DNA of 25,757 nucleotides from contig CAYFHS010000046.1 in the NCBI GenBank assembly GCA_964342815.1, positions 1 through 25,757 on the forward strand, written 5' to 3'. The notes beneath the pieces were generated by a model. That model made no database searches. It had not been told where the DNA came from and was given only the letters and a program-made list of their open reading frames with translations. Positions 15,677 through 25,292 of the stretch are shown piece by piece. The stretch comes from an uncultured archaeon (lineage in GTDB: Archaea > Thermoplasmatota > Penumbrarchaeia > JASLWR01). The position numbers and the translations under genes are program-made. Each line of letters begins with the position of its first letter. The first letter of the stretch is position 1.

Positions 15677-17233
15677 CTATTTTTTCCTGATGCTAAGGAA
15701 GAAAATGACGACCAGCAGAACGGCGATCAAGATGGCCAGTATCCATGGAAGTGAATCCTCATCATCGTCATCATCGATTTCCTTTTCATCATTTTGCCCG
15801 TCCACTTCGCTTTTTTCTTCGACACTTCGGATCTCTTCCGCCATATGGTCTATCTCGACCCTATCCTGCAGTATTTCATAAAAACCATGCCACTGGACGT
15901 AGTCCGGGGCCATCATGAAAGCTCCCATGCGTGCCCTGCGTCCTTCATGGTGCCACATCTCGTAGATCTTGAATTCTATCGGTTCGTCGAAACTTGTATT
16001 GGTTAAAAGACCATCATCATAAAGTCCTGTAACAACCGCCTTTGCACTCAGATACTGCTCATTATACAACTCCACAACGAGGTCCGCCTGCTCATAGTAG
16101 TTATCCGTCCACGTTGTGGAATGGCACTGCTTGCAAACCGTTTTCATTCGATCCTGTTTCACCTGCCATGTGGAGCCATCACTGATAGGGTCCCCTAAAC
16201 TGTTGGCCGTATTATCCGTACGCTTGGATATCGCGCTCTCAAGCTCCCAGCTCAACCGGGAGCTGACATCGTGCGTTGTTGGGACTCCAGGGGCCGAGGA
16301 CATGTGACAGCTCGCACACGTAGGCGCCCGATAATCCACACCCGCCTTCCAATCGTCACTGGTCCAGTTCCACGTATCCCCTTCCGCCGAATAGATGTTT
16401 CCGTGCTTGGACTCGTAGTACATCTCTATCTGTGGATGATCCGGACCCATGTGACACTGGCCGCAGGTTTCGGGTTTTCGTGCTTCCACAACGGAGAATG
16501 AATGACGCGTATGACACGAAGAACAGCTGCCCTTGCTTCCGTCGGGATTGATGCGCCCGATGCCGTTATTGGGCCAGACCGTGAAATCCTCGGTTGACTT
16601 GCCCGTCATATTTGTACCGTGACATGATTGGCATCCACGGATGGTGGCTGCGTGAGTTATATTTTGACCGTCAACTGCGATGTATTCGCCCTCGATCTGG
16701 CTCTCGAGGTATGGTAGTTTTTCCTTATCGAATAGAAGCTCGTAATATTCGGTCCCGAATGAATGAAGGCTTTGTCCGAATTCCAAAACTTCCTTTTCAT
16801 GACATTTCCCGCAGTCTTTCGGTGAGACAACGGGAGAAATATAAAAACCGTTGTGGTCAAGGGCATCCGGATCGGTGGCCGCCGCCTCATGGCAATCGTT
16901 GCATGTAACGTTGCTCCCGGCGTGTTCGCTCATTTCCCAATCCTTTATGACGCCCCCCAGCACACCCTGCCTTTCGTGACAGCTTATACAGGGATCGGAT
17001 GTGCCGTTAGCCCTGCTACCCAGGAACAAATTATCCATTTCGGCCTGAAAAGCTCCATCCTCTACGTCAATGCGGTTCACGTTCTCGAGGGCTGCCCCCT
17101 CATCGTCCATTTCTCTTGGACCCAGGTAAAAACAAATTATTATGACAAAAATAGCTGTGAATGAAAAGAATAACCATTTACAAATACTAATTCGGCCAAT
17201 TCCTTTCATCAGCTTTTTCTGTGCTTCTGACAT
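15677..17233 (-). CDS. Octaheme cytochrome c, hydroxylamine oxidoreductase (HAO) family, membrane-anchored
   Basis: Eight CxxCH motifs (CISCH, CNDCH, CGKCH, CQSCH, CSSCH, CGQCH, CASCH, CKQCH). HAO-family GRINPDGSKGSC, GPDHPQIE..YESKHG and WHHEGRRARMG...PDY..WHG. Hydrophobic segments at both termini. GGAGGT SD. Confidence 0.88.
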   Translation of the reverse strand: MSEAQKKLMKGIGRISICKWLFFSFTAIFVIIICFYLGPREMDDEGAALENVNRIDVEDGAFQAEMDNLFLGSRANGTSDPCISCHERQGVLGGVIKDWEMSEHAGSNVTCNDCHEAAATDPDALDHNGFYISPVVSPKDCGKCHEKEVLEFGQSLHSFGTEYYELLFDKEKLPYLESQIEGEYIAVDGQNITHAATIRGCQSCHGTNMTGKSTEDFTVWPNNGIGRINPDGSKGSCSSCHTRHSFSVVEARKPETCGQCHMGPDHPQIEMYYESKHGNIYSAEGDTWNWTSDDWKAGVDYRAPTCASCHMSSAPGVPTTHDVSSRLSWELESAISKRTDNTANSLGDPISDGSTWQVKQDRMKTVCKQCHSTTWTDNYYEQADLVVELYNEQYLSAKAVVTGLYDDGLLTNTSFDEPIEFKIYEMWHHEGRRARMGAFMMAPDYVQWHGFYEILQDRVEIDHMAEEIRSVEEKSEVDGQNDEKEIDDDDDEDSLPWILAILIAVLLVVIFFLSIRKK

Positions 17234-17433
17234 TTTTCAAACCTCCACTTGAAATAGCGAATATCTTTGGAATATATAAATCTAATCACCGTATATTATA
17301 GGAGAATGGTGCAGTTTCCTTATGAGTTATTAATCGTTTGTAGACATGTTAATACTGGACAAATTCAACAGAAAAAAATAATCCGATAATAAGAGATGCA
17401 GGCGTAAGTCAGGTCCTGAAAATAATCTTACGA

Positions 17434-18009
17434 TCACCACAATGTTCCTTTGTAATGTCCTGTAACGGGACAGCCGCGACATCGTTTTCCATAGGCCGGA
17501 CAATCATTACAATTAGTTTCGACACCGCAAGGTGGCCTATTAGCCCGCGAAATATGCGTTGTTAGGGGCAAAACGAGTTTATTAGCAACCCCGATGACGA
17601 TATTGAATATCACATTTTGGATCTCATCGACCTGCCTAATATGACAATCCACAATCGCTTCAAGAGTGGCAACGTCTTCTCCTATGAAGAACAGACAGAG
17701 ATTGGATTCTCCGGAAACAATGAATCCATTCAGAAAATACGGACAATTCATCAAAGAATTCAACACTTTCGTGGTATTCTTGGTCGTCACATCCACCTTA
17801 GCAATGGATAAGCCGATCTTCAACAAATCCATCCCATACATGTTCTGAACGATTCCCGTTTCCTTTAATTTTTTCAAGCGGAGAGCCACCGACGGTTGGG
17901 ACAGCTCGACCTCCATTGCTATGGCATCCTGGGAAATATCCGGATTCTCACTGAGGATAGATATTATTTTTCGGTCCTTATCATCAAAATTCAGATTCGT
18001 TGATGTCAT
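17434..18009 (-). CDS. Lrp/AsnC family regulator with a Cys-rich C-terminal extension
   Basis: DDKDRKIISIL...ISQDAIAMEVELSQPSVALRLKKL HTH, a RAM-like domain (VSGESNL), and a tail CGVETNCNDCPAYGKRCRGCP. GGTGG SD favours the ATG at 18009. Confidence 0.82.
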   Translation of the reverse strand: MTSTNLNFDDKDRKIISILSENPDISQDAIAMEVELSQPSVALRLKKLKETGIVQNMYGMDLLKIGLSIAKVDVTTKNTTKVLNSLMNCPYFLNGFIVSGESNLCLFFIGEDVATLEAIVDCHIRQVDEIQNVIFNIVIGVANKLVLPLTTHISRANRPPCGVETNCNDCPAYGKRCRGCPVTGHYKGTLW

Positions 18010-18121
18010 GATAACCACCATTTATGGGAATGAATAAGATTGTATTATAATTTAGTATAACTTTATAATATATTGGAGAAAACTCATTAACACGAATATC
18101 TATTGGGTGAATTATTATAAC

Positions 18122-19330
18122 TTATGTGTTTTCGGTACTTGCTTTTTTCTTTAATTCCATTATCAATTCAGGAACGACCTGATATACATCCCCGACTATC
18201 CCAAAATCCGTGACGCTGAATATAGGAGCTTCCGGATCTTTATTTATAGCCACTATGACATCCGATGTCTGCATACCGGCCAAATGCTGGACGGCTCCTG
18301 AGATTCCGCAAGCAATATATAGTTTCGGACGCACTGTTCTCCCGCTTAATCCTACTTGATTTGCATAGGGGATCCATCCCTCATCCACGGCCGCGCGACT
18401 CGCTCCAACAGATCCTCCAAGTGCTTCTGCAAGCTCTTTCATCAATGTAAATCCATCGGATCGCCCCAATCCCTTTCCTCCAGCCACGATGATTTTAGCT
18501 CCAGTTATGTTGGCCCCATCATTATTTTTAAAAAAATCCATAATTTTCGTTCGATCCCTGATTATTGTTTGATCCACATATTTCCTGATGATTTCCCCTT
18601 CCGGATTCGGTTTCTTTTCCGCTTTACTCATTACTTTATATCTTACAGTGGCCATTTGGGGCCTGTGATTTGGGCATATTATCGTTGCCATCACATTTCC
18701 ACCAAATGCCGGTCTTGTTTGCACTAAAAGTTTTTTCTCTGCATCAATATCCAATTCGGTGCAATCCGCAGTAAGACCAGTTTTTAATCGAACAGCGATT
18801 CTCGGTGCTAATGAGCGGCCGATGGCAGTGGCTCCTATCAAAAATATGCTTGGTTTGATCTCCTCGACTAGATCTGTTATTAAAGCTGTGTAAGTGTCTT
18901 CTTTGAATTTAGCTAGTGATGTGTCGTTAAAAAGATATACTTTATCTACTCCATAAGTGATCAACTCATATGCAGAATCTTCCACCTCATTCCCTACAAG
19001 AACACAATATAGATCCTCTTTTACTTTATCGGCAAGCTCCCTTCCTTTACCGATTAATTCATAGACCACATCTGCAACCTTTCCCTCTCTCTGCTCCCCG
19101 AATACCAGGACTCCTCTATGCCGGGAAAAATCCTTTTTTTCTTTCCGAGTTATCAATATGGCTTTATTCTTACAGACGCCGACACATGCACTACAATACG
19201 TACAATTCTCATCTATCACTAATGATTCATTGGTAAACGATATGTAGCCAAACGGACAGGTTTTTACGCACCGTTGACATTTATTACAATTTTCTATGAT
19301 AATTTCTATTTTGGTCATATTGAACCTCAT
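18122..19330 (-). CDS. etfA: Electron transfer flavoprotein alpha subunit with an N-terminal 2x[4Fe-4S] ferredoxin domain
   Basis: CNKCQRCVKTCP and CTYCSACVGVC, then TGLTADC, TRPAFGGN, GASRAAVD, QVGLSG, GISGAVQH, AINKDPEAPIF. Start is 19330 (ATGA overlap) or 19318. Confidence 0.92.
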   Translation of the reverse strand: MRFNMTKIEIIIENCNKCQRCVKTCPFGYISFTNESLVIDENCTYCSACVGVCKNKAILITRKEKKDFSRHRGVLVFGEQREGKVADVVYELIGKGRELADKVKEDLYCVLVGNEVEDSAYELITYGVDKVYLFNDTSLAKFKEDTYTALITDLVEEIKPSIFLIGATAIGRSLAPRIAVRLKTGLTADCTELDIDAEKKLLVQTRPAFGGNVMATIICPNHRPQMATVRYKVMSKAEKKPNPEGEIIRKYVDQTIIRDRTKIMDFFKNNDGANITGAKIIVAGGKGLGRSDGFTLMKELAEALGGSVGASRAAVDEGWIPYANQVGLSGRTVRPKLYIACGISGAVQHLAGMQTSDVIVAINKDPEAPIFSVTDFGIVGDVYQVVPELIMELKKKASTENT

Positions 19331-20112
19331 ACAAGTTTAAGTTCACCCAATTTCTCGACGAGTTTCTTTGTTTTATCCGAGAGGGTACCGGTAAGAATTG
19401 TACCCTTTTTCCTTTTCCGGGGAGGAAATACCTTGATCACCTGCGTCGGTGAGCCGTTTAAACCATATCTACCTGAATGACCGTTTAAATCATTCGAATT
19501 CCATATTTTAATGCCAGTATTCAAAGAGAATATTTTTCCTTGTAAGGTAGGAAATCTTGGCTCGTTTGTCTCTTTGCTTATGGTCATCAGACACGGTAAA
19601 AGAGCGTTGACTGTTTCGTACCCCCCATCCACCATTCGTTCAACAAGCACACCCCCATTATTTACCTTTAGAATTTTTCTAACATAACAAACATTTGAGA
19701 TTTCTAATTCCTCTGCCAACCCCGGTCCAACTTGCGCAGTATCTCCATCGACGGTCTTCACACCACAAATAATGATATCAAAGCTACCTATTTTTCTAAT
19801 TCCACATGCAAGAGTAAAAGAAGTTGCTAGAGTATCCGCTCCCGCAAAGGTTTTATCCGAAAGAAGTACTGCATGCTCACACCCCATGGAAATAGCAAAT
19901 TTTAGGGCGTATTCCGCCTGCGGGGGTCCCATGCTTAATACTGTTACTTTACCGCCATAAGTCTCTTTGAGTCTAAGTGCCTCCTCAATCGCATATCTAT
20001 CGAATGGATTTACTGTGGAAAGAGTCCCTTCCCTCATCAAGGTGCCCGTCTCGGGGTCGATTTTTATCTCAGTACTGGCGGGTACCTGTTTGATACAGAC
20101 GATTATATTCAT
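19327..20112 (-). CDS. etfB: Electron transfer flavoprotein beta subunit
   Basis: VCIKQVP, NPFDRYAIEEA, SMGPPQA, GADTLATS, DGDTAQVGP, EPRFP. Confidence 0.93.
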   Translation of the reverse strand: MNIIVCIKQVPASTEIKIDPETGTLMREGTLSTVNPFDRYAIEEALRLKETYGGKVTVLSMGPPQAEYALKFAISMGCEHAVLLSDKTFAGADTLATSFTLACGIRKIGSFDIIICGVKTVDGDTAQVGPGLAEELEISNVCYVRKILKVNNGGVLVERMVDGGYETVNALLPCLMTISKETNEPRFPTLQGKIFSLNTGIKIWNSNDLNGHSGRYGLNGSPTQVIKVFPPRKRKKGTILTGTLSDKTKKLVEKLGELKLV

Positions 20113-20120
20113 TCCAACAC

Positions 20121-22745
20121 CTAAATGAGAGCAGCCAATTGTATAGGCTCGATCTTTCGATAAATTTCCAATGGTTTTCTTTTATGCCCTTCGACGGTAA
20201 GCAGTTCTTCGATTGATATCCCGAATAGCCTTTCATTCTCTTCCAGGTAAGGCAAAATGAGTGACCAGTCCTCATCAGTGGCGTCAATAAACTGACCGCC
20301 ATTTAGTTGATTTCCATCCACTACTCGGTGAGGATCTCTCAAATAGATCGCACCTCCTGAGGCTAAAGAAAAGAGATTACCACCAGGGTATGGAGTAGGT
20401 AGCTCCCTGATATTACCGCATTCGTCAAACTCAACCCCGTTTAAAATAACAAAACCGCCACCTCGAAGTGCATCACCGGCCATGAATGACTCCGCAAGAT
20501 AATCCAGACAAGTGCCGTTGATAACCACCCGGGGGTGCCCAACAGCATTTATGAGGGGACGTCCCGCAGCGTTGCCGCGTACATATATCTCGCCCCCCTT
20601 TGCACCATATAAAAATGTTTGACCTACATCACCATGTATAACCAATTTGCCATCCTTTAGAATCTGTCCAAGTTGGTCCTGGGCGCTGCCGTGAACAATC
20701 ACCTTGGCACCGTCCAAACCCGATCCCAGGTAGTCCCCCGAACTTCCATAAATGTCGATCCGCACATCCTCTGTGCCAGGACCAAGACCGCACCCACAAA
20801 ACCGCTGGCCTACAAGCGAAAAAACTATGAAACGCTTCCACTCGACTTTGTAAGCCTCAATAATGAATCTTTCAAGGCAATATTCTCCTTCCGGAGGAAA
20901 TTCACGGGCATTGATTACTAGAACTGCATTCTCCTTCAATGGTTTTTGTAAAAAACACCTTTCATCCCAATCGATGTACCAATATCGCCCAGGTATCTCA
21001 CACTGTCCTTTTTCCTGTTGGGTATTCCGAAAAGTATTGTAGAGGGTCTCGTCCAGCAATGCTAAACATGAACTATGTTTTTTTATTCCGGTATCATAAC
21101 GACGGTCATATAACATAGTTAGAATCTCTATGGAAAATGCCATTTTTTCATCATTTATTAAAGCAAATTGGGCCAAATAAGTACAGAGTTGCATGAACTC
21201 ATCATAGCTCCATTTTTTAAGGTTTGGAACTACCCAATTGAAAAACTTATCCGTTTTTCTACTTTCAAAATATTTTTCCACCTTTTTTTCTATTGAATTA
21301 AGAAATTTTGTCTCGGTTAATGGCTGTCCCAAATTGAGTGCTGAGATGTTATGGTGTTTCCGAGGGTTTGATGCAGTGATTACTTTTCCGAATTTATCGG
21401 TGCATGTTAATTTTTTTCCATTATTATCACCATTCTCTGCGAGAGTGAAGGAAAAAGCACCTCCATCGGTATGGCTCCCTCCCCTGGCATTCCAATACTT
21501 ATCCGCAATAGGACAAAATCTCGGGTCTTCGCCAGCCAGATTTCGTAAGGTGGCGTCAATAGCCTGTTTTTCCGAGGCTACGAGGCCAATGTCCACTTCT
21601 CCTTGCTGCAGTGCAAAGACTTGCGGGCGCAACATTGCCGTATCCGTGATACCCAATAACTGCATGGTATCGATATCCGGTTTGTTTCTTGCGATGATAA
21701 AGAACCAGGGGCCATCCGGAGATCCGTGAATATGAGTGGCCTGAATCGCTCTATAGATTTTTTTCTTATCTCCTGGAAGCATTATAAAATCTCTTTCTGT
21801 TGTCGGAGCCATCGCTTCGATGATATACTCCAGAGGATACTCGTAAATTCGATCCCATAGATCGAATAATTGAACCGATATCTCAGTATCGGTTAAGAAA
21901 AGTGGATGTATGTTATGTTGCTGCAGATATTCAGACACTGCATAATAGTTTGCAAAATCCCCATTATGAACCAAAGCTTCGTTCAATCCTATGAACGGAT
22001 GTGCGCCCCCGGGATGCCAAACACGCCCTTTGGTTGGATAGCGCTGGTGCCCCACCCATATATGTGCTTTAGCCCCCTCAAGTCGATAATATTGAATCAC
22101 TTGTTCCGCATAACCGACAATTTTAAAAACGAGCATATTTCGCCCGTGACATAGAACAAATGCTTTCTTTTCACCAAGAGAGGAATAAAAATGCTTGTTG
22201 AGTCGGACAGTGTTCTGATAGACGAATTCATCTTCGGCTTGTCGCAACTTAAGCTCGTCCAAACCGTTTTCTTTTATAAATCGAAGGAGAACATCTTTTT
22301 TAACGCGACAAAAATATCGCCACACATCGGGGGGTTTGATCTCCAGTCTCGGCACATCCTGATAATCCACAACTGTGGGGACAAGATAACTCTTGTGAAC
22401 CTCGAAAAATGGTCGTATACATTTATTCTCCACCGTTTTCCTGGCACTAGGGTCAAGAAAAGCAACCTGAATTAGATAATAATTTTCCAGAATATCTTGC
22501 GAAACTCCCATCTGCGCAGGTGAAAGACCCACAGCAACCACCCCGCCTCCCTTTCCATTCCCACGATTATGCATCTGGGCCAACGGAACCGAAATATTCC
22601 AGCCATCAATTTGCTCGCTACAGGCAAATCCAACCACACCGCAGCCACCTTCTGCCTCTACTTTTCGTTGTGATAAAGTAGGCAGATTATCGTATAATCC
22701 CTTCCTTGAGCTTTTGATCCGTTCTGCGAACAATATCCTATCCAT
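20121..22745 (-). CDS. Glutamate synthase-related subunit: class II glutamine amidotransferase (GltB domain 1) fused to a GXGXG beta-helix (GltB domain 3)
   Basis: EAEGG-CGVVG (putative N-terminal nucleophile Cys35 after a 34-aa propeptide), HNRGNGKGGG, GHQRYPT, HNGDFAN, TDTE, and C-terminal GSSGDYLGSG/GDVGQTFLYGAKGG/GNAAGRP repeats. Confidence 0.85.
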   Translation of the reverse strand: MDRILFAERIKSSRKGLYDNLPTLSQRKVEAEGGCGVVGFACSEQIDGWNISVPLAQMHNRGNGKGGGVVAVGLSPAQMGVSQDILENYYLIQVAFLDPSARKTVENKCIRPFFEVHKSYLVPTVVDYQDVPRLEIKPPDVWRYFCRVKKDVLLRFIKENGLDELKLRQAEDEFVYQNTVRLNKHFYSSLGEKKAFVLCHGRNMLVFKIVGYAEQVIQYYRLEGAKAHIWVGHQRYPTKGRVWHPGGAHPFIGLNEALVHNGDFANYYAVSEYLQQHNIHPLFLTDTEISVQLFDLWDRIYEYPLEYIIEAMAPTTERDFIMLPGDKKKIYRAIQATHIHGSPDGPWFFIIARNKPDIDTMQLLGITDTAMLRPQVFALQQGEVDIGLVASEKQAIDATLRNLAGEDPRFCPIADKYWNARGGSHTDGGAFSFTLAENGDNNGKKLTCTDKFGKVITASNPRKHHNISALNLGQPLTETKFLNSIEKKVEKYFESRKTDKFFNWVVPNLKKWSYDEFMQLCTYLAQFALINDEKMAFSIEILTMLYDRRYDTGIKKHSSCLALLDETLYNTFRNTQQEKGQCEIPGRYWYIDWDERCFLQKPLKENAVLVINAREFPPEGEYCLERFIIEAYKVEWKRFIVFSLVGQRFCGCGLGPGTEDVRIDIYGSSGDYLGSGLDGAKVIVHGSAQDQLGQILKDGKLVIHGDVGQTFLYGAKGGEIYVRGNAAGRPLINAVGHPRVVINGTCLDYLAESFMAGDALRGGGFVILNGVEFDECGNIRELPTPYPGGNLFSLASGGAIYLRDPHRVVDGNQLNGGQFIDATDEDWSLILPYLEENERLFGISIEELLTVEGHKRKPLEIYRKIEPIQLAALI

Positions 22746-22766
22746 ATGCCTTCGTCTTCCTATTTG

Positions 22767-25292
22767 TTATTGGCAATCATTAATATAAACGAGGCAATCG
22801 GTCCTACCGATTAGCTCTGTGATCTTTCTCATTCCCAGTGCATTCAATATCATACGCAATTGGATTTGCCATGACCGATACATGTTAACAATCCGCTTCA
22901 TACTTCGGTCTATATCAATAAGGCTACATCGGTTTGGATCAGTGGTTGTTATGCCCGAGGGGCAACCCTCGCCTTTCTCGCATTTACCATATCGCTCGCA
23001 CCCTATGGCAATCAATTCCGCCGAACCAATAACGGTACCATCCGCACCGAGTGCTATCGCCTTCGCTACATCATAAGCCGAACGTATCCCACCGGAAGCC
23101 ATAAGGATAACTTGATCTCTAATACCTTCTTCCAATAGAAATTTGTGGACCTTTGAAATTGCGTACTCGATTGGCATAGCAATGTTCTTCTTGCTGACCT
23201 CCGGTGCTGCACCTGTACTACCGTAACCCCCGTCCAAATGGATAATATTAGCACCGGCAAAATAACTGCCTACCGCAACCATATCCACATCCGTTGGAGT
23301 GGATACTTTAACCGAGATTAGTGCATGTGGATTTATTACTTTAATCCAGTCTACATGTTTTTTGTGATCCTCTACCGAGTAAACGCTGTGGAATGGAAAG
23401 GGGGAGTAGAGGCTCCTCCCGGCAACAGCTTCTCTAACTTCAGCCACTGACCTTGTAACCTTGCCCGCAAGCAGATGGCCTCCAAGACCGGGCTTTGCGC
23501 CTTGAGCATACTTAAATTCTACTATTCGTGCGCGTAGTATGGTCTCTTCTCGAACTCCAAAGAGGCCGGTGGCAACCTGGGTTATAACGTGGTCGGAATA
23601 AGGCACTAACTCCTGGGGATAACCACCTTCACCTGTTGAGATGAATGTACCAAGATATTTGGCTGCTCGTGCACGAGCAAGCATGACATTTAAGCTTATC
23701 GAACCAAAAGACATCCCCCCACCATAAACGGGGAAGGGTATCCGGATATGGGGCCCATCTCTCCGTTTGTTCAAATCGATGGATAAATCGATAGTGTTGT
23801 CATCTATCAATGGAAACTGTTCATTATTTTTTTCAAAAATAAACGCCAGTCTATCAAATCCCCCACCAGAGCATCCAATCCTATACTCGAGATTCGATGT
23901 CGGAGGTCTACCCGTACGAGCCTGTTCTGCTGTAGCTCTTAATAATTCCGGTGGCCAGCGATAGTCACCCGAGGCACGTTTTTCACTCTCAACTGTAGAT
24001 TTTAAAGATATGGAATTGGAAAATATATTACAAAATTTTTTCTCCTCGATCTCGTAGGAAATTGACCTCCCCATTTCTCCCCTTAACCGCCTTACTTCCC
24101 GCATACCCATTGCACCCAATACTTCCAACAATTGGTCTCGCCAGGCCGACATGAGGTTTACTATGCGTTGGGAACCCCAATTTGAGTTTATTTCCACATG
24201 CTCTACGGGACAGGGATAATATTCATCCGCCCAAAGTGCACAGCCCAATCCAACAAGGAGGGAAAAATCAATAGCTGCGCCATCCGCACCACATGCAATC
24301 ACCTTGGGAACATGCTCGGCACTGGCAATACCTCCGCTGACAATGAGACTAACCCTATCACGTATTCCCATTTCTACCAATCTTCTATGGACGAGCTGCA
24401 GTCTATCTTTTATAAAAAGCGGATCGGGCTCATATGGTTCCATGCCAACTTGGTCTGCATATAGGTGAATTACCTCCGCCCCGGCACCTACTAGCTTCTC
24501 AACTTGGTCACCTACTTTCCGGCTAATTGGCAATCTGATGGAGATAATTAGATTGGGGGCTTCCTTTTTTATTTTTATAAGGGATGAGATGGCATCACTA
24601 TGATCCAGATAATCAATCTCTACCATCTTTACTTTTAGTGGTTGTGTTTGAAATGAATCGAGATTCTTTAATGATAGACGAGGAACTATATTTTCAACAA
24701 ATGGTTGAAGATCGCTTGCCCAATATTTATCCTCCAAAAATACGAATGTACCGAGCTGAGATGCAGCTTTAACAATGGATAACAATACTCCTCGTCCATG
24801 TACTGGCATCACCGGGAAGGAAAATAAAACAGGGAACGGTACTTCGATATTGGGTGGCAACTCATCTAACAATTTACCTTTTGGATCGAATCTCAACATA
24901 GCTTTTTTCCTTCCTAAAGAAACTAATGTAGAGATATATTCACGCCCATGGATTCCGTCACGTGTAGGTCGCACAATTTCGGACATGTCCAACCACATTC
25001 CATCAAAACCAGATCCTGCGAATTTCCCACCAAAACCCGAACCCGAAATGGGAATTTTCCCGGTTTCCGCTTGATACCATATTTGAGTAATTATCTCAGG
25101 AGTCCAATATTTATCCCCTCCAATTCCAAGCTCAAAGGGAGAGTGTCCATATTTAACATATTCCTCGTCATCCTGAAGATTGAATCGGGCTGGATACGGA
25201 GTACAAAGAGGTGCATTTTTTCGAGCTATATGATATCGAATCGGAGGCCCGTGGTTTTCGGTCGTTGACCTTTTGTATTCATCATCGCTCAT
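22767..25292 (-). CDS. Glutamate synthase-related subunit with two tandem FMN-binding (GltB domain 2) domains
   Basis: C-terminal copy: GGMSFGSIS, TGEGG, QVATGLFGV, EFKYAQGAKPGLGGHL, KVS, LDGGYGSTGAAP, ASGGIR, GCERYGKCEKGEGCPSG. N-terminal copy: GFDGMWLDMSEIVRP, SGGIASAEHVPKVIACGAD. Confidence 0.85.
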   Translation of the reverse strand: MSDDEYKRSTTENHGPPIRYHIARKNAPLCTPYPARFNLQDDEEYVKYGHSPFELGIGGDKYWTPEIITQIWYQAETGKIPISGSGFGGKFAGSGFDGMWLDMSEIVRPTRDGIHGREYISTLVSLGRKKAMLRFDPKGKLLDELPPNIEVPFPVLFSFPVMPVHGRGVLLSIVKAASQLGTFVFLEDKYWASDLQPFVENIVPRLSLKNLDSFQTQPLKVKMVEIDYLDHSDAISSLIKIKKEAPNLIISIRLPISRKVGDQVEKLVGAGAEVIHLYADQVGMEPYEPDPLFIKDRLQLVHRRLVEMGIRDRVSLIVSGGIASAEHVPKVIACGADGAAIDFSLLVGLGCALWADEYYPCPVEHVEINSNWGSQRIVNLMSAWRDQLLEVLGAMGMREVRRLRGEMGRSISYEIEEKKFCNIFSNSISLKSTVESEKRASGDYRWPPELLRATAEQARTGRPPTSNLEYRIGCSGGGFDRLAFIFEKNNEQFPLIDDNTIDLSIDLNKRRDGPHIRIPFPVYGGGMSFGSISLNVMLARARAAKYLGTFISTGEGGYPQELVPYSDHVITQVATGLFGVREETILRARIVEFKYAQGAKPGLGGHLLAGKVTRSVAEVREAVAGRSLYSPFPFHSVYSVEDHKKHVDWIKVINPHALISVKVSTPTDVDMVAVGSYFAGANIIHLDGGYGSTGAAPEVSKKNIAMPIEYAISKVHKFLLEEGIRDQVILMASGGIRSAYDVAKAIALGADGTVIGSAELIAIGCERYGKCEKGEGCPSGITTTDPNRCSLIDIDRSMKRIVNMYRSWQIQLRMILNALGMRKITELIGRTDCLVYINDCQ

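Noticed and set aside
15755-15800. TCA/TCG triplet run suggesting a tandem repeat
   Set aside because: It is simply the Asp/Glu-rich linker of the cytochrome.
18043-18070. TATTATAA-N12-TTATAATA inverted repeat upstream of the Cys-tailed Lrp (and ATCTTTT-A-AAAAGAT at 83-97)
   Set aside because: Nearly pure A/T and overlapping probable TATA boxes, so significance is low.
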